Positions 42,100 to 56,912 of a stretch of DNA of 64,000 nucleotides are shown here, piece after piece. The notes under the pieces are model-generated. The model worked only from the letters and a program-made list of their open reading frames with translations, was not told where the DNA came from and ran no database searches. Position 1 is the first letter of the stretch; each line of letters begins with the position of its first letter. A program made the position numbers and the translations under genes. The stretch comes from Octopus vulgaris. Lineage: Eukaryota. The DNA is taken from assembly GCA_951406725.2 (NCBI GenBank), contig OX597819.1, forward strand, positions 19,096,001-19,160,000, written 5' to 3'.

Positions 42100-43570
42100 T
42101 GGACTTATTTTTCTTGGGTGCCTTCACTGCACTATCGAATTCAACTCAGTCTGCCTTGGGTATCTAAACTCATTTCGCCTTCGTGTTGCCAATTTCACTA
42201 GATTCAAAATGTTCTGCATAAGATGTGCTGTGTTTATCCGTGTAATATTCTGTTTGCTTTATATATATTCGTAAGCCTTGGTGTTTCCATTTTCTTTTTT
42301 TGTCGGCATGGATTTTAACCGTATCTAAATCACCTATTATTGAAGACTATGTTTCTGATTCCACCCACCACATTGTGGATAATTCTATTTCCAGAAATTT
42401 GTATTTTATCAATTTCTCCATTTCCTGCTGGAGTATATTATCATCAACTGGGATTCATGTGTTGTTTGGCTGAATATTATTTTCTGATTGTCGATAAGAG
42501 TATCTAATCTTTTAGTCTTTATCTCCCGGTCTGTGTGCATTGCCATATCCCAGAGTAATCGCTTTGTTATAATTTAAGACCTTTTCGAGGATATAAGTAT
42601 AATAACGTTTTTTTTTCTGTTGTCATTCTATAATAAAGGTAGATCCTCGTGAATATAAGCCCCATGTCTGTCATGTCTCAGTCAAGAGTAGGCAACCAGA
42701 TAAAATATCATTCATTATTTCTTGATCATGGTCACATTTTTTGCAATTATTTTATTCTGCTTTATTGTGTGTCTTTGGTGGGTCTCATAGGGGGAATTTG
42801 GTATTGTGCAGCAATGAAGAACCCTTGATCTCTGCGATCCTCAGCCAACGATGCAAGTGTTCTTTCTTTCTAAAGTGAGGTACTTTCTTTTTGTTAAGTC
42901 AGCTTATTCCAGTATTTGTGATGTAGGATTACTTTTTTTAATTTTTGTTTTTCTAGCTAACCTTTTAATCATGGTATTCTGTAGTTCCAGTTCTCCTTAA
43001 TTAAATCTACTTTACAATCTTTGGTGTTCCTTCTTTTTCTGCACATCTATCAGATATTGTGGCATCGGTTTGTGTTCATCGACTTCCTTGAAGACAGAAA
43101 ACAGTTTGGTTGTGATTTGTTTATGTTCTGTAGAGATATGTATAAGGTTTCTTTGATACCGAATTTGATATTTCCGTTGTGCTGTGGTTGATATTTTATA
43201 GCTATATTCTCATTGTATAAGGCTTCAACTGCCTTCAGATCATGACATATATAATACATCCATGTCAGATTCAGGGTGATGAGTTTTCAATGCAGTCATT
43301 AGTTATCTTCTTTCTTTGTTTCGTGTTGCTAGTTCATTTCGCAACCGTTAAGACCTATAGCGTATAACTGAGACAGCAATAACATCGATACCTATTACCT
43401 TAGTTTTGAGGTTTAGCTCTGTGTAAAACAAGACTTTAATTCGATATAATATTCCTTGCTTATCTTTTCTTACATTAGTGCAGGTTGTACAGTATCTAGT
43501 TAATTGATTCCGAATAATTTTTATGCCCCAATTTCTTCTAGTTCATTTATTGCTATTTTTTAACCAATAA
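42100..43570 (-). mobile_element. Older, degenerate R4/Dong-like LINE (end of RT to RLE)
   Basis: Minus-strand remnants occur in the expected order: ELNLKTKV.GIDVIAV, HHP, GFFIAAQ, RHDR, LWDMAMHTD, NTAHL. Many stops and frameshifts. Confidence 0.7.
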
Positions 43571-45419
43571 TAATATTTTTGTTCATAATTAATTTTCTTT
43601 ACTTCAAATTGTTCTGGGAACATTTTTCTCAGCCAAGTGTTATTCAGGTTTCTATGGCAATTCCCTGTAAGATATGTGTTTCTAGATTGTTTTTATTATT
43701 ATAGCAATATGCAACTAAAAGTAACCCCTATACATGAGATGGTTGATTGTTTTACAAAAGTAGTTGTGACTATATTCAATTCTCTTTATCATGTCGTTGA
43801 AAAGGTATCATTATCCGGTAAAAAACGGAATGGAGAGGAGGAGGGAGTGTTTTTGGAAAGATTCTATTCTAATGGTGATGGTATTAGTTGCTATAAAATC
43901 CTTTATCTTCTGTAGCTGCTGTGTCGTAATGTTTGTTTCCCTTTCATGACATTTAGAATGATGCTGTAACCAACAAGGAGCAAAAGGAAGGATTTTAGGA
44001 GCATAGCATAAGAATTACGTCCCAAAGTTCTGAAAATACAAAAGAAAGAAGGTTAAATGTTTCAAAGATAAAGAAAAATTCCTTCGATACTTTTGTCTTG
44101 CTGTAGTTGCAGTGATGATGTGAATTCCAGTATGTCACACGGGAGATCAAACGTATAAAAAGAAATAATGCAATTATCGTTTTTTCTCTCCATATATGCA
44201 AACGCCTTAATATTTTAATGGAAGAGAGAGTGTATATAAGTGTGTATTTATGCAGTAGTTTTACGAGAAAATGTTGAAAATTTGAATCTTTCATGAATCC
44301 AAAGTAAGAAAATTAATTGCAGGAGAGAACAATGAGAAAAAAACCCAAATGTATTAAATATCGTTTTGATGTTTTCCACATTATACACTCGTACACTGAG
44401 ATTCAAAACTCATGCTTGTTGAAAGGTAGACAAGAAGCAGAATCACTGACTGTGCGTTTTAGATTTGCAAGATGAAACCATTTACGAATATGCAGATATA
44501 GATGAGTAGAAAGACGTAAAAAAGCCTGGAAATACAGGAAAGTGAAGGAAACTAAGAGTGTTCGATGATGCGTGAATTCAATGTAAATGAGCATAGAGAG
44601 ATCAAAGCAAGGATTCGAGAGTTTGATATATTATAAAATCCATGTTGGCTGCTATATGAGTTTTAACGTACTTCAATTTCAAACAGTAATCGTTCGATAA
44701 ACCAGCACAAAATATTCAAATACTATTTTATGATTATTATAATTCTTCCACTGAGAAGGGAGCCGGTTTCCAACAAAGATACAAGGCTCCACTTTAGGGA
44801 TGTAGTTAACACAGACAAATTCATATTTGGAACTTGAGAAATGTCTTATATATTCTAACTGGTCCACTCACAGAGATTGAACATGTAATGTACGAAACAA
44901 CCGGTCGATTTCTCTTTCTGAAATCCCAGTTTATCCAGATTCTCCTTTAAGCATTTACTAACAAAACCCAGAGCTCCAATTATTATTTATCTGGAGGCTT
45001 CGAAGTAGCTGTCCATAGAGATCCTCTTTTTCATTGATTTTCAAAGAGATATTCATATCTGCAGGGCAGCTAAACTCTATGATGGTACATACTTTTGCCC
45101 CTCTGTTCCAAACAACAATGTCAGGGTGTTATTCTTACATGTGTCAGAGGTTCTGATGGGAATATTCCAACAATATACTTTGAATTGGTGTTTATGAATG
45201 TATTCCATAACAAAGGGATTTTCTAAGTTTATTTTAGGAGAGTAATTTTTGCGGATGACCTTGTAAATTGCTTTAGTATGTAAATATGTATATACGTATG
45301 TATGTATGTGCAGATTTCTTTGTTTTATGTATGTATTCTCATGCATATCGTTGCATATCTAGACATACTTATATCTATTTAAATGATGAACTTCTGAAAA
45401 GTTTTACAGATTTATATGT

Positions 45420-45421
45420 AT

Positions 45422-45498
<77 letters not shown>

Positions 45499-45688
45499 CA
45501 CATGTATGTGTTTATATATGTATGCATTTATTCATGTGTAATACATACACACATATGTGTGTGTGTGTTAGGTTGTATGCGTATATGTAAATATATATAT
45601 ATATATACAAATATATATGTGGAGTGAGATACATACACATATAGATATAAATAGATTAATCGATAGATAGATAGATAGATAGACAGAC

Positions 45689-45763
<75 letters not shown>

Positions 45764-45784
45764 GAGATAGATAGATAGAGATAG

Positions 45785-45850
<66 letters not shown>
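45420..45850. repeat. Compound (TA)n/(AGAT)n/(AG)n microsatellite field
   Basis: Directly visible. Confidence 0.95.
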
Positions 45851-45855
<5 letters not shown>

Positions 45856-45879
45856 GAAAGATTGATGGATTGATTGATT

Positions 45880-46300
45880 GATGGATTCCATATTCACCAA
45901 TATATCTTTATCGAAATTCTTGTAATTACATTTTGCTCTTGGAATAGTTTTCTCTGTCACGTCTTTATTTGCGTCTTTTAAACATGCCTTTAATGAGAAC
46001 CGTGTTAACTTTAAACAGCAGTGATCTATTTTGGGATGCACTCCCTACATTTCATGCTTATTTGTTGTTTCCTATTTTAGCATACTATTTGAGCGACCTA
46101 GTTTCATATGCCAGAATTATTTCTGTATCAAATTTATCTTGCTTATAGTTTAAACTGTTTCGTTTTTAAAGCAAATCCAGTATGTTTCGTGATATATTTC
46201 TTTCTTCTGTTTATATTCATGACTTTTGTCTTCATTGAAATATTAATAACCTCTAGACTTGTTGTTTGTCGCCTCCTCTGATCATATTGAGAAATCTGCT
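45880..46300 (-). mobile_element. Possible degenerate APE-type LINE remnant
   Basis: The peptide [12 protein letters not shown]...CNYKNFDKD resembles the SDH end of the APE endonuclease and the following linker. The resemblance is weak. Confidence 0.3.
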
Positions 46301-46583
46301 TTTCTGTTTTCTTTGAATACGTGACGATGCTTTAATTAGAAGGTACGTTTTTAACCAAGAGCGTTTGCTTCATGGTCTAACTATCCCGCAGTTGACAATA
46401 GCGAGATATGAGCTGAGGCTGCTGCATTTACAGTGGTTTCTTCACAATGACTAGTACTGATGGCCTATAAGCAGGAATTGCTTTCTGCCCTTTCTCACTT
46501 TCTCTGATTTGCATTCCAGGGTAAAGAGTAGACAATACTGGTTATGTGGTGTTAGGGATTTTATGAAAAGCTTGTAAATTTCT

Positions 46584-46998
46584 TATTTCTTTACTGCCCA
46601 CAGGGGACTACACACAGAAGGGACAAACAAGGACAGACAAACGGATTAAGTCGATTATATCAACACCAGGGCATAGCTGGTACTTATTAATCGACCGTGA
46701 AAGAATGAAAGGCAAAATCGACCTCGGTGGAATTTGAACTCAGAACGTAGTGGCAGAAGAAATACATATTTCTTTACTACCCACAAGGGGCTAAACACAG
46801 AGTGGACAAACAAGGACAGACAAACGGATTAAGTCGAATATATCGACACCAGGGCGTAAGTGGTACTTATTAATCGACCCCGAAAGAATGAAAGGCAAAG
46901 TCGACCTCGGCGGAATTTGACCTCAGAACGTAACGGCAGACGAAATACGGCTACGCATTTCGTCCGGCGTGCTAACGTTTCTGCCAGCTCGCCGCCTT
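46584..46998 (-). mobile_element. Tandem dimer of family-3 SINE (full copy 46767-46998, headless copy 46584-46765)
   Basis: Reverse complement of 59130-59360, with the body and tail repeated twice. Confidence 0.88.
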
Positions 46999-47509
46999 AA
47001 CTTTCTGCCAGTCCCGCGATGTTGCTGGTTGAAGTGAAATGTTTGTTCTCGCGAGAGAAACTTTTAGCAGGACATTGCCACGATGGTCTGGGCAGATGTC
47101 TGAATTTGGTCTTGATGCAGCTGCCTGGTACATGTTGGTTGTCTTTCCAAGCCGTGGAAAATGGAAAATTTCCAAAAATCCATGGTAATGAATGTGAAAT
47201 GGAAAACTGAAAGGCCTAAGGAAAAGACGTTACTCTTGTTTCAAATTCTTGCGTTTTACTACACCGGAGTGGACATATCGGAACTGACCTACAATAAAAG
47301 CTGGAAGGCTATGAGAGAGTAAAAAGAATGCCCCTAATGAATGGAACTACGCTTAGTAAGCCTTTTAACCCAACTAATAATATATTGAAGAATGTATTTA
47401 ACTCTTTTTAACAGAATAGTTCTGCGTATGTGGCGTCCATTGATTAAGGCTAGGAAAACTTCGCCCTCTTTGCTTTAACGCGGAGATGCAGCTGAAGTTG
47501 TGCCTAAGC

Positions 47510-47592
47510 CATCGTCGTCGTCGTCATCATCATTGTCATGATTATCATCATCATCATCGTCGTCGTCGTCGTGATCATCATCATCATCATGC

Positions 47593-47632
<40 letters not shown>

Positions 47633-47634
47633 GC

Positions 47635-47689
<55 letters not shown>

Positions 47690-47847
47690 CATCATCATCA
47701 TCCTCCTCCTCCTCCTCATCATCATCATCATCATCCTCCTCATCCTCATCCTTATCATCATCATCATCATCATTATCACCATCATCATCATCCTCCCCTC
47801 CTCCTCCTCATCATCTTCATCGCCATCATCATCATCATCATCACCAC

Positions 47848-47898
<51 letters not shown>
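47510..47898. repeat. Compound (CAT)n/(CCT)n/(CGT)n microsatellite
   Basis: Directly visible. Confidence 0.95.
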
Positions 47899-48247
47899 AT
47901 TTGTTGTTGTCATGGTCGCATTCGTTGCCGTTGTGTCGTTGTTTTTGCTTTTCTTTTTCTCGTTGCTATATTCAAAGCAGATTTTCGCATTGCGCTTCGT
48001 CGCTTGATTTTAGAATTACCCGTTTCTGTGTTTTTTTTCTTTTTTGGCTCTATTTTCTGAATTAATGGAAAAGTAGTGGTACTCCCACACGATACCTGAA
48101 TATCATACAATACATATCGTTTTTTCAATTTCGTTTGTAACGATTTTGATTTGAGACTGAGAGTTGAATCTAATATTGTTATATATTTAAGAAGTGTCAT
48201 TATTAATAGAGTCTATATACCCATTCATAGTCTCTTTTCTGTTTATA

Positions 48248-48760
48248 TCTATATATATAAAACTGTAGTTGTGTGAGTGTCTGTCCCCTTCGATTTAGAT
48301 TCCTAACTACTTCCACATTTTGCGGTGCAGTTTAACCAAATTCGGGTATCTTATAGTCGTGATTCATATCGAGCCCGTCTGAGTATTAGCGCGCGTCTAC
48401 GATGAGTCTACGATTTTAAAAATAATTTAACATAATTTTTTATTCCATTTTAATGCATAATTTTTCGTGTGTCGATGGCGGCGGAGTTGGCGTCTATGGT
48501 CACACCTTCACCTGTTTGCTTCTCCCCCTTCTTCCCTCCCTCGAGAACCTGTGGGGAAGGGAGTGTAAGGAAATCAACGTCGTAAAGCGTTGTCAATGAG
48601 ACCAGCGTTCTTTTAGAACAACGACTTCATGGCTTGAAGACACCAAAACAGAAATGGCTAAGAAAGCCCGAATTGGCATATATAAGGGAAGTAACTCTCT
48701 AAAAATGCTTATATAGTTATTTCCCTTACAAACCCGAGCAACGCCGGGCGATACTGCTAG
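48248..48760 (+). mobile_element. Non-autonomous Helitron (513 bp, complete)
   Basis: A|TCtatatatataaaactg ... cccgagcaacgccggg cgatactgCTAG|T shows a 5' TC, a 3' hairpin plus CTAG, and insertion between A and T with no TSD. Confidence 0.82.
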
Positions 48761-49091
48761 TTTCAAATATTTTTTTTCTTTTTCCAAAGTAGTTTTTGTT
48801 TCTTTATATCATTGACAACATTTTTTTCTCTACATCAATCTCGAACATTCTGAATGTGTATATATAATTTCCTCATTTTAAACTTTGGATTTTGATTTTC
48901 AAATTATTAACCTTTTGTTACTTCGCCATGGCAAAGTGTAAGCGAGTTACTAAAGTATTTTATTTTTATTTCCTTATTTCTCTTCCTTTTTCGTTGCTAA
49001 TAGAACTGTAGTTAACCAGGAGTGTGTTGGTTGACTCTACTTGTTGTACAATTTATTATTACTACTGATTTTTAAAGAAATATAATTAAAA

Positions 49092-49510
49092 CAGGAGTGG
49101 CTGTGTGGTAAGTAGCTTGCTAACCAACCACATGGTTCCGGGTTCAGTCCCACTGCGTGGCATCTTGGGCAAGTGTCTTCTGCTATAGCCCCGGGCCGAC
49201 CAATGCCTTGTGAGTGGATTTGGTAAACGGAAACTGAAAGAAGCCTGTCGTATATATGTATATATATATGTATGTGTGTGTGTTTGTGTGTCTGTGTCTG
49301 TCCCCCTAGCATTGCTTGACAACCGATGCTGGTGTGTTTGCGACCCCGTCACCTAGCGGTTCGGCAAAAGAGACCGATAGAATAAGTACTGGGCTTACAA
49401 AGAATAAGTCCCGGGGTTGATTTGCTCGACTGAAGGCGGTGCTCCAGCATGGCCGCAGTCAAATAACTGAAACAATTAAAAGAGTAAAAGAGTAAAAGAG
49501 TAAAGAGTAA
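49092..49510 (+). mobile_element. tRNA-derived SINE, family 1 (near full length)
   Basis: Near-identical to 1987-2402. Confidence 0.9.
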
Positions 49511-51910
49511 AACAATTTATATATATGAGACAATGCTTCATAGAAATTATACTACTCTGTTATAAATGGATTATTTTAGCTGTGGGTTATCGAATAATGA
49601 GCGTGCTAACCTATTCGTTCTTCATAATAATTATATGACTAGGCTCTGCCTCCTGTATTTCTGTAACTTCAGTGATCTCTTGTAAGCCCCACCAGACCGT
49701 GTTGAATGAGATACCATTTCTTTGGGGATAAAGACGAACCCCTTCAAACGTTGAAAAAGCTGGCCTAGCTACTTTCAGATTCCAGTCGACACGGCCAAGC
49801 CAGGAGGATATTAGCACATGATGATAATGATATCATAATTCCGATACGAAAGGGTTATATATTTTAATTTAATGATAAATCATATAATCGAGTGAAGGCC
49901 GCGGCCATTGGTGTTAACATTGCTGGAAACGTAGCCACAGACTTCATCATATAATGCGATATGCAACAGATAATTATATCATATAATGCGATATGCAACG
50001 GATACTTCGAATTATATACTATCTTTAGGCTGATGTTATAAATATTGTAATTATAGACATTTCACAAGTTGACTTCAAGAGAAGAGCTAAACATATATTA
50101 AAAATGCCCTCGCATACAGTAACTCCTTCCACGCAGCAAGAGCCCCAACAAAACGATAGCATCTTTTGATATTGAACAATGGATAGACCATTTATGAGGC
50201 AGTAAAACGACCCTGCACTCATTTGCATATTATGGCTCATAAGCTCCTTTTCGGCCAGTGAGCCGCTCTGAACCGAGAATTTTGGTTAGAGCTAGTTCAG
50301 GGTATACGAAAGAACTAGAAAGAAATTTGAAACCATCATGAGCAATGATTCTGTTAGCGTGTATACCATATCTGAGCAGCATTTGGAGCACGATTGAAAG
50401 GAAAGGTAAAACAACAGCTGGCAACAAAATCCTGCTACATGAAACAAAGGTGAACAAGCTTGTCTATTTAGAACGCAATTACAATGACACACGGCCTAAA
50501 ACAAATACACCCGAAGAAACAAGCAGTTCCATCAAGACACAAGTGTCTAATTGAAACTATTAAAAGAAAATGTTTATCTCCAGAACATCAAATGAAAAAC
50601 TAACTCAGAATTTAGCAGAAAGAACTAAAGACGTTTCTGCCATATTAGAGGAATCTTGGGAGGCTAACTTTAGGAAACGATAGCATAATGTAATATATTT
50701 CTTCATGAAAAATCTCATTACAAGACACGATAGTCATGGGGGTAAAACATTTGATCAGGTTTGAACTCTCACTAAACAACAATAGAAACCAGCAACATCG
50801 AACATGTTAACTACTTATGGGCATATTGTGTTTGTTTTTGCGTCGGGTTTATCGATTCTTGAATGACTGTGTGAATCTATTCAGTAAATAATTTATCGAT
50901 TCATAAATGATATATTAGTAAAGTTGACCTGATCTCTGTGGAATTTCACTCCGGACTGTACAAATGGCAATGAATTCTGTTCATCGATTTGAGATGTCAT
51001 CAATTCGTGTTGCCTTCCGAAATAATTAAATAACACAACAAGACATGTTTCCTTGTTGTTCGCTACTTATACTGATTGCTTAATATTTTATAACTTACAC
51101 TGTCTCCTAAAATATCGATGTATTTCTTAGAATCAAAGGTAAAGACGTTAACATTGGGACAAGACCATAATAGTAACAGCAGGTTTTGTTTCTAAATGTC
51201 TTTAACGTGCTTGGAATACGAGACTAAATAACTGTCATAGGAATTCTTAATCAGAACATAATAAATTGAAGAGCAATTTCTTAAGATCGAATCCACGACA
51301 GCAATTTAGACACAGTTTTTGGACTGCCAACCTTACTGGAAAGAAAAAAAATTTAAGATAGAGGGGTCATTTTGCTCTCCTGCCTGTGATGTGTCACTGA
51401 AGCGTCTCCGAGATTAGTTTCAATGATACACGGGCAGTAAGGGGAGATAATGGTTTCAATCCCATCAACCACAGAACTATGACATGGATCACACAGATTA
51501 CCCACTGTATGAACAAAAGCAGTATTAGACTAAACAAGCTACATGTGTATCATGCGTAATGCAGATACATTGGGAAAGGCAAAATGATTCACCCGGTGAA
51601 TAGTGTTTAAAATTTTAAAACAATAAACTATATCAGCAGCAGACAAAAATCACCCAGGACCGTCTGAAGAGAATGCCTAATGCCTCTCTGGACTTTCTCG
51701 GATCCATGCACGTATTGCACGAATTAAGATAGTGCAATGTATCACGTATCTTATAATTCACGAAAGGAAAAAAGAAAGATATGAAGAGAGGAAAAAACAC
51801 AAACAAGAAGTGTAAACGATAACATCCTTATCAGCGTTCATTGGTCTCCAATAAAGTTTAGGTCAATCTTTCATTTTCAATAATAACACTTTTTTTTTCT
51901 GATATAAAAA

Positions 51911-52090
51911 TCGGTAGTGCATCGGGGTAAATGTTTAGCGGAATTTCGTCTGGCTCTTTACATTTTGACTTCTAATTCTACCGCGCTCGACTTTACATTT
52001 CAACCATTCACAATCGACAAAATAAGAAGCAGTTGAGTCCCGTGGTCCATAAAAGTTTAAAATTGCTGGACTCGTGCCAGCATTAAACAA
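51911..52090 (+). mobile_element. Degenerate SINE, family 3
   Basis: aaatgtttagcggaatttcgtc...tcgactttacatttcaaccattc aligns to the family-3 head and body. Confidence 0.55.
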
Positions 52091-52212
52091 AGAGTCTTCA
52101 ATGTAGAAATATATGAACCTCTTCATTCAGTATTCCAGGACACGATTCGGCATAACAACTTTCTTCCCTCATTCTGTTATTTCTTCGGCTCTTTTTTTTC
52201 TTTGTTTAAACA

Positions 52213-52265
<53 letters not shown>

Positions 52266-52947
52266 TAATAATAATAATAAAAACAAAAATAATAATAATA
52301 ATAGTAATAATAATAATAATGATGATAATAATAAACACGAAGTGTCCATTCGTGCTTCTAGGATGGATATTGTGGAATATAGCATGCATTTGTATTAAAT
52401 AATTCTTCAAACATATACATTTAATTCAACGAGTTTGTTACCATCGTCTCTCATTACCAATTTATTTCCCAGCAATGAAATTCAATACAGAAATATCTTG
52501 TTAGAACCACCATGACGGGCAACAGTTGGACACATTGTTCCTCAATTTATGTATTTCCTAACTTCGCTTTTTTTGGGTTTTTTTGCTGTTTTTCTGTTCT
52601 TCATATATATATATTTTTTATTATTAACCATTACCATTTATAAGCCATTCTTATTCATAATATGTACATGGAAACAAGTATTAATGTGCAACGAGTATTT
52701 CTGAATATTCTTGTATAAATATTTATTTCATTATTAGTGGACATGTATGAGATTTTATACGGATTTCTAACAAAAGACGCATATATGTTACGAATATGAG
52801 CAGCAGCCACTTGAAAAGTAGTAAAGAGGAGGGACAGAAACGATAGAAACAAACGTAAATGAACATAGCATCACATACATGTAGAGATAACGACACACAT
52901 ACATATATGCATACACACATACGTACAAACACGCACGCAAGCACAAA

Positions 52948-53005
<58 letters not shown>

Positions 53006-53369
53006 ATATAATATAAATATGCATGTGTATAAATTTATATACACATGTGGATATATATGTAAATACATAAAAAAATATATACGTGTTTGGTCACGCACAC
53101 AAAAACGTCGGTATGTATGTAGATATGTATATACAACCAAAAAGTGTAGACTTATTGAATATATAGTGTCTGAGCGATCACATGTATTTATGTACATGTG
53201 AGAAACACTAAGTACTGGGTCTGTAAATCTCTGTCTTTATTGGAATATGCACGCATGCATACATATATAAGTACATACACAGGCACACATACATATGATA
53301 TAAGCATGTATGTATATATACATACACATATACGAATACATACAAATACATATTGCTACATATACACAC

Positions 53370-53411
<42 letters not shown>

Positions 53412-53476
53412 CATATATATAAATATATGTGTATTATATATATACACATATATGTGTATTTATATATATTTATATA

Positions 53477-53533
<57 letters not shown>

Positions 53534-54329
53534 ATATAGGTATATGTGTGTTTGTAGTGTGCGTATACGTATACAAACAAATAGTACGTGTGTTTATGCG
53601 CGTGAATGATTATCAAAATTACATACGAAATGGTATTTGAGATGAGAATATTTGCATAAATGGAAGCCATAGAAAACGTTACAAAATAGGATCTGTTCGA
53701 ATATCCATGCATAAGAGGAACGAAACTACAATGAAATGACTAATATACAATTTTGTCATGTCGACAGTGCTAAACCATGGCGGCACGGAAGATTGTGGAC
53801 GTCGTCTGAACATGGAGAGCGCTTACAATCATAGTAACAGACAGTAATAGGTGAGTGCGTGTATTTGTGTTTGTATGTGTGTTTGTTTGTATGTGTGCGT
53901 GTGTGATTTTGTGTATATGTTTGAGTCTCTGCGTGCGTTGCGCACAACGGAGTATTCAGATTTAAACTGCACAGCGAAGTACATATCGAGAGGAAATATA
54001 TTTAGTATTTCCACAATAAATGATATACACATGCAAGCATCCCGCACACGCTCGCACAAACACACACACGTACACGTATTATGAATACATGAATGTACGT
54101 ATGAGTGAATATAAACCATGCCTATATGTATAACCTAAAATCATGTAAACATGACTCTATCTGTCCGAATATAGAAACATGAAAACAGAAAGATTAATGT
54201 AGAGTTTATTGCAACAACAGTTGAAGATTGAGGTTTTCACGCAGTCATTACGTCCGAGCATTCGCGCAGTGTTCCACGTCGTATCCACTCACAAATAGTT
54301 TGATGCACACCATGAAGGCAGAAGCAGAC

Positions 54330-55140
54330 AGAGAGAGAGAGAGAGAGAGAGAGCAAAGGGAAAGATAAAGTGAGTTGTATTAGAGGGAGTGAGTGTGAGA
54401 GAGAGAAAGAAAGAGAGAGAGAGTGAGGGAGAGAGCAAAGGGAAAGATAAAGTGAGTTGTATTAGAGGGAGTGAGTGTGAGAGAGAGAAAGAAAGAGAGA
54501 GAGAGTGAGAGAGAGAGCAAAGGGAAAGATAAAGTGAATTGTATTAGAGGGAGGGAGTGAGAGAAGCAGAGAGAGAGAGAGAGAGAGCAAAGGGAAAGAT
54601 AAAGTGAGTTGTATTAGAGGGAGGGAGTGAGAGAGAGAGAGAAGAGAGAGAGAGCGAGAGAGAGACAGAGAGAGAGACAGAGAGAGAGCCATAGAGAGAG
54701 AGAGAGAGCCATAGAGAGAGAGACAGAGAGAAAGACAGAGAGAGATAGAGAGAGTGACAGAGAGTCAGACAGAGAGAGTGAGCCAGAGGGAAAGAGCCAG
54801 AGGGAGAGAGAGAGCCAGAGAGAGAGACATAGAGTCAGAGAGAGAGAGACAGAGAGAGAGAGAGACAGAGAGAGACCCAGAGAGAGACAGAGAGAGCTAC
54901 AGAGAGAGCTACAGAGAGAGAGCCACAGAGAGAGAGAGCCAGAGAGAGTGAGAGAGACAGAGAGAGTGAGCCAGAGGGAAAGAGCCAGAGGGAGAGAGAG
55001 AGAGCCAGAGAGAGAGACATAGAGTCAGAGAGAGAGAGACAGAGAGAGACAGAGAGAGGCCCAGAGAGAGACAGAGAGAGAGCTACAGAGAGAGAGCCAC
55101 AGAGAGAGAGAGCCAGAGAGAGTGAGAGAGACAGAGAGCG
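54330..55140. repeat. (GA)-rich complex minisatellite
   Basis: The motif gagcaaagggaaagataaagtga starts at 54351, 54433, 54515 and 54585 (spacing 82, 82, 70). A ~188-bp block is also duplicated (starts 54781 and 54969). Confidence 0.9.
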
Positions 55141-55808
55141 ATAAATTATCTACGAGTTTGTTGAGTACATACATATATATTTATACAAACACACACACAT
55201 ACACACACACACACACACATACACACGCACGCACAAGGTTAGGTCTACCTTGTAGGCGTACATGATATATTTCATGTTCTTACATGAGATCTGGCACCTA
55301 TATATAGTTGTATTAAATCTAGTTTTCCATATACATATTTCAATTCGTATTTTTATATTCGTGTCCGTACATTTAGATGAGCTTCTCTCTCTCTCTCTCT
55401 CTCGCACTCTCCAATTCTCTACCTCATTCTGTAATTATTTATACATCTATGTATCTCAGTGTGTGTAGAACGTCTTGTATATATATGTTCCAGACTGTGT
55501 GGTTATTCTTGATTGTGTCTTCCTGGCTTTCTAGTTTTTGGTTTTATATAGGCGTGTACGTTGGGCAGTGCGTGATTATATGAGACTGGCATAACGATCA
55601 GTCTGTATGGTATTGTGTCACTATGTGATTGCTTATTCACACACACACACAAATATATATATATATATATATTCACACATTAATATATATATATAAGTAT
55701 ATACATATTATACTTATATATATATATTAATATATATATGTGTGTCTGTGTATATATACATTAATATATATATATATATATATATATTCATGCATATATA
55801 TACTTCTA

Positions 55809-55876
<68 letters not shown>

Positions 55877-56382
55877 TCTTCTATATATATATGTGTGTGT
55901 GTATAAATATACACATGCACAAATATCTATACACACACATGCATGTGTGTGGGTGGTGTATGTTTGTATATGTAGGCGTGTGTGAATATGATTGTTTAGG
56001 ATTATCTACGTTACAATGTATCAGGTATTATTGCGTATGTATGTCCCTAAGTGAACGGGATTATGTCGACGTTATAGTGCGTCTTTGCTTGTTCATTTCT
56101 GCGTACAGCGATCATGCCATTGTGTACGGCTGAGACTGAAGTGATGTACATGTACAATTCTATCTGCGAAAGCTCTGCAGCTAGGCACCAGCTAAAAGTA
56201 CATCTCCTCTAACGCCATTGTGAACGGTATTAATACTTACGGCTGACAGGAAATCTGAAGACGTAATTACCAATTGCCTCTATCAATACGTAACAGGTGT
56301 CTCTGGTGAACTTGTATGTGCGTGCGTGCGTGTCTGTGTGTGTGCGTGGATGTGAACGTGTGTCCATCTGTGGATGTGTGTG

Positions 56383-56421
<39 letters not shown>

Positions 56422-56856
56422 GTGTGTGTGTGTGTGTACAGATTATGGTGTAGTTATATGTGTCCAGATAGAAAGACAGACGGATTCCTGGAGGAAGACT
56501 TAGAGATAGTGATACAAAGACTGAAAGACAGACAGGGAGACAGAGAATGTGAGGCACACACACACACACATAGAGTGAGACACATAGAGAGAGAGAGAGG
56601 AGGAGAGTGAGACAGAGGGAGATAGAGTGAGGAAAAGTGAGAGAGTGAGGAAAAGAGAGAGAGCGAGGAAGGGTTCTACTTCTGGATGGGGCACAGTGTT
56701 AGAGAGGGGGCGAAGATATAACGAAAGAGACAATGTGTGTGAGTTGGACAGGAGTAAAGAGGGCGATGCTATAAGAGCAAAACTTAATCCCACACACATA
56801 TATAAATGTATATATATGTAGGTGTGTTTGCGTTGTGTGTGTGTCTGTATATATAG

Positions 56857-56912
<56 letters not shown>

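Noticed and set aside
47486-48065. Poly-His / poly-Ile ORFs of 173-175 aa
   Set aside because: Translation of a (CAT)n microsatellite. The same applies to the YI-, poly-K/R/L/N and RE-rich ORFs throughout the window.
50025-50554. Possible hAT transposase remnant or host exon
   Set aside because: There are only vague motif resemblances, no continuous frame and no TIRs that I could find.
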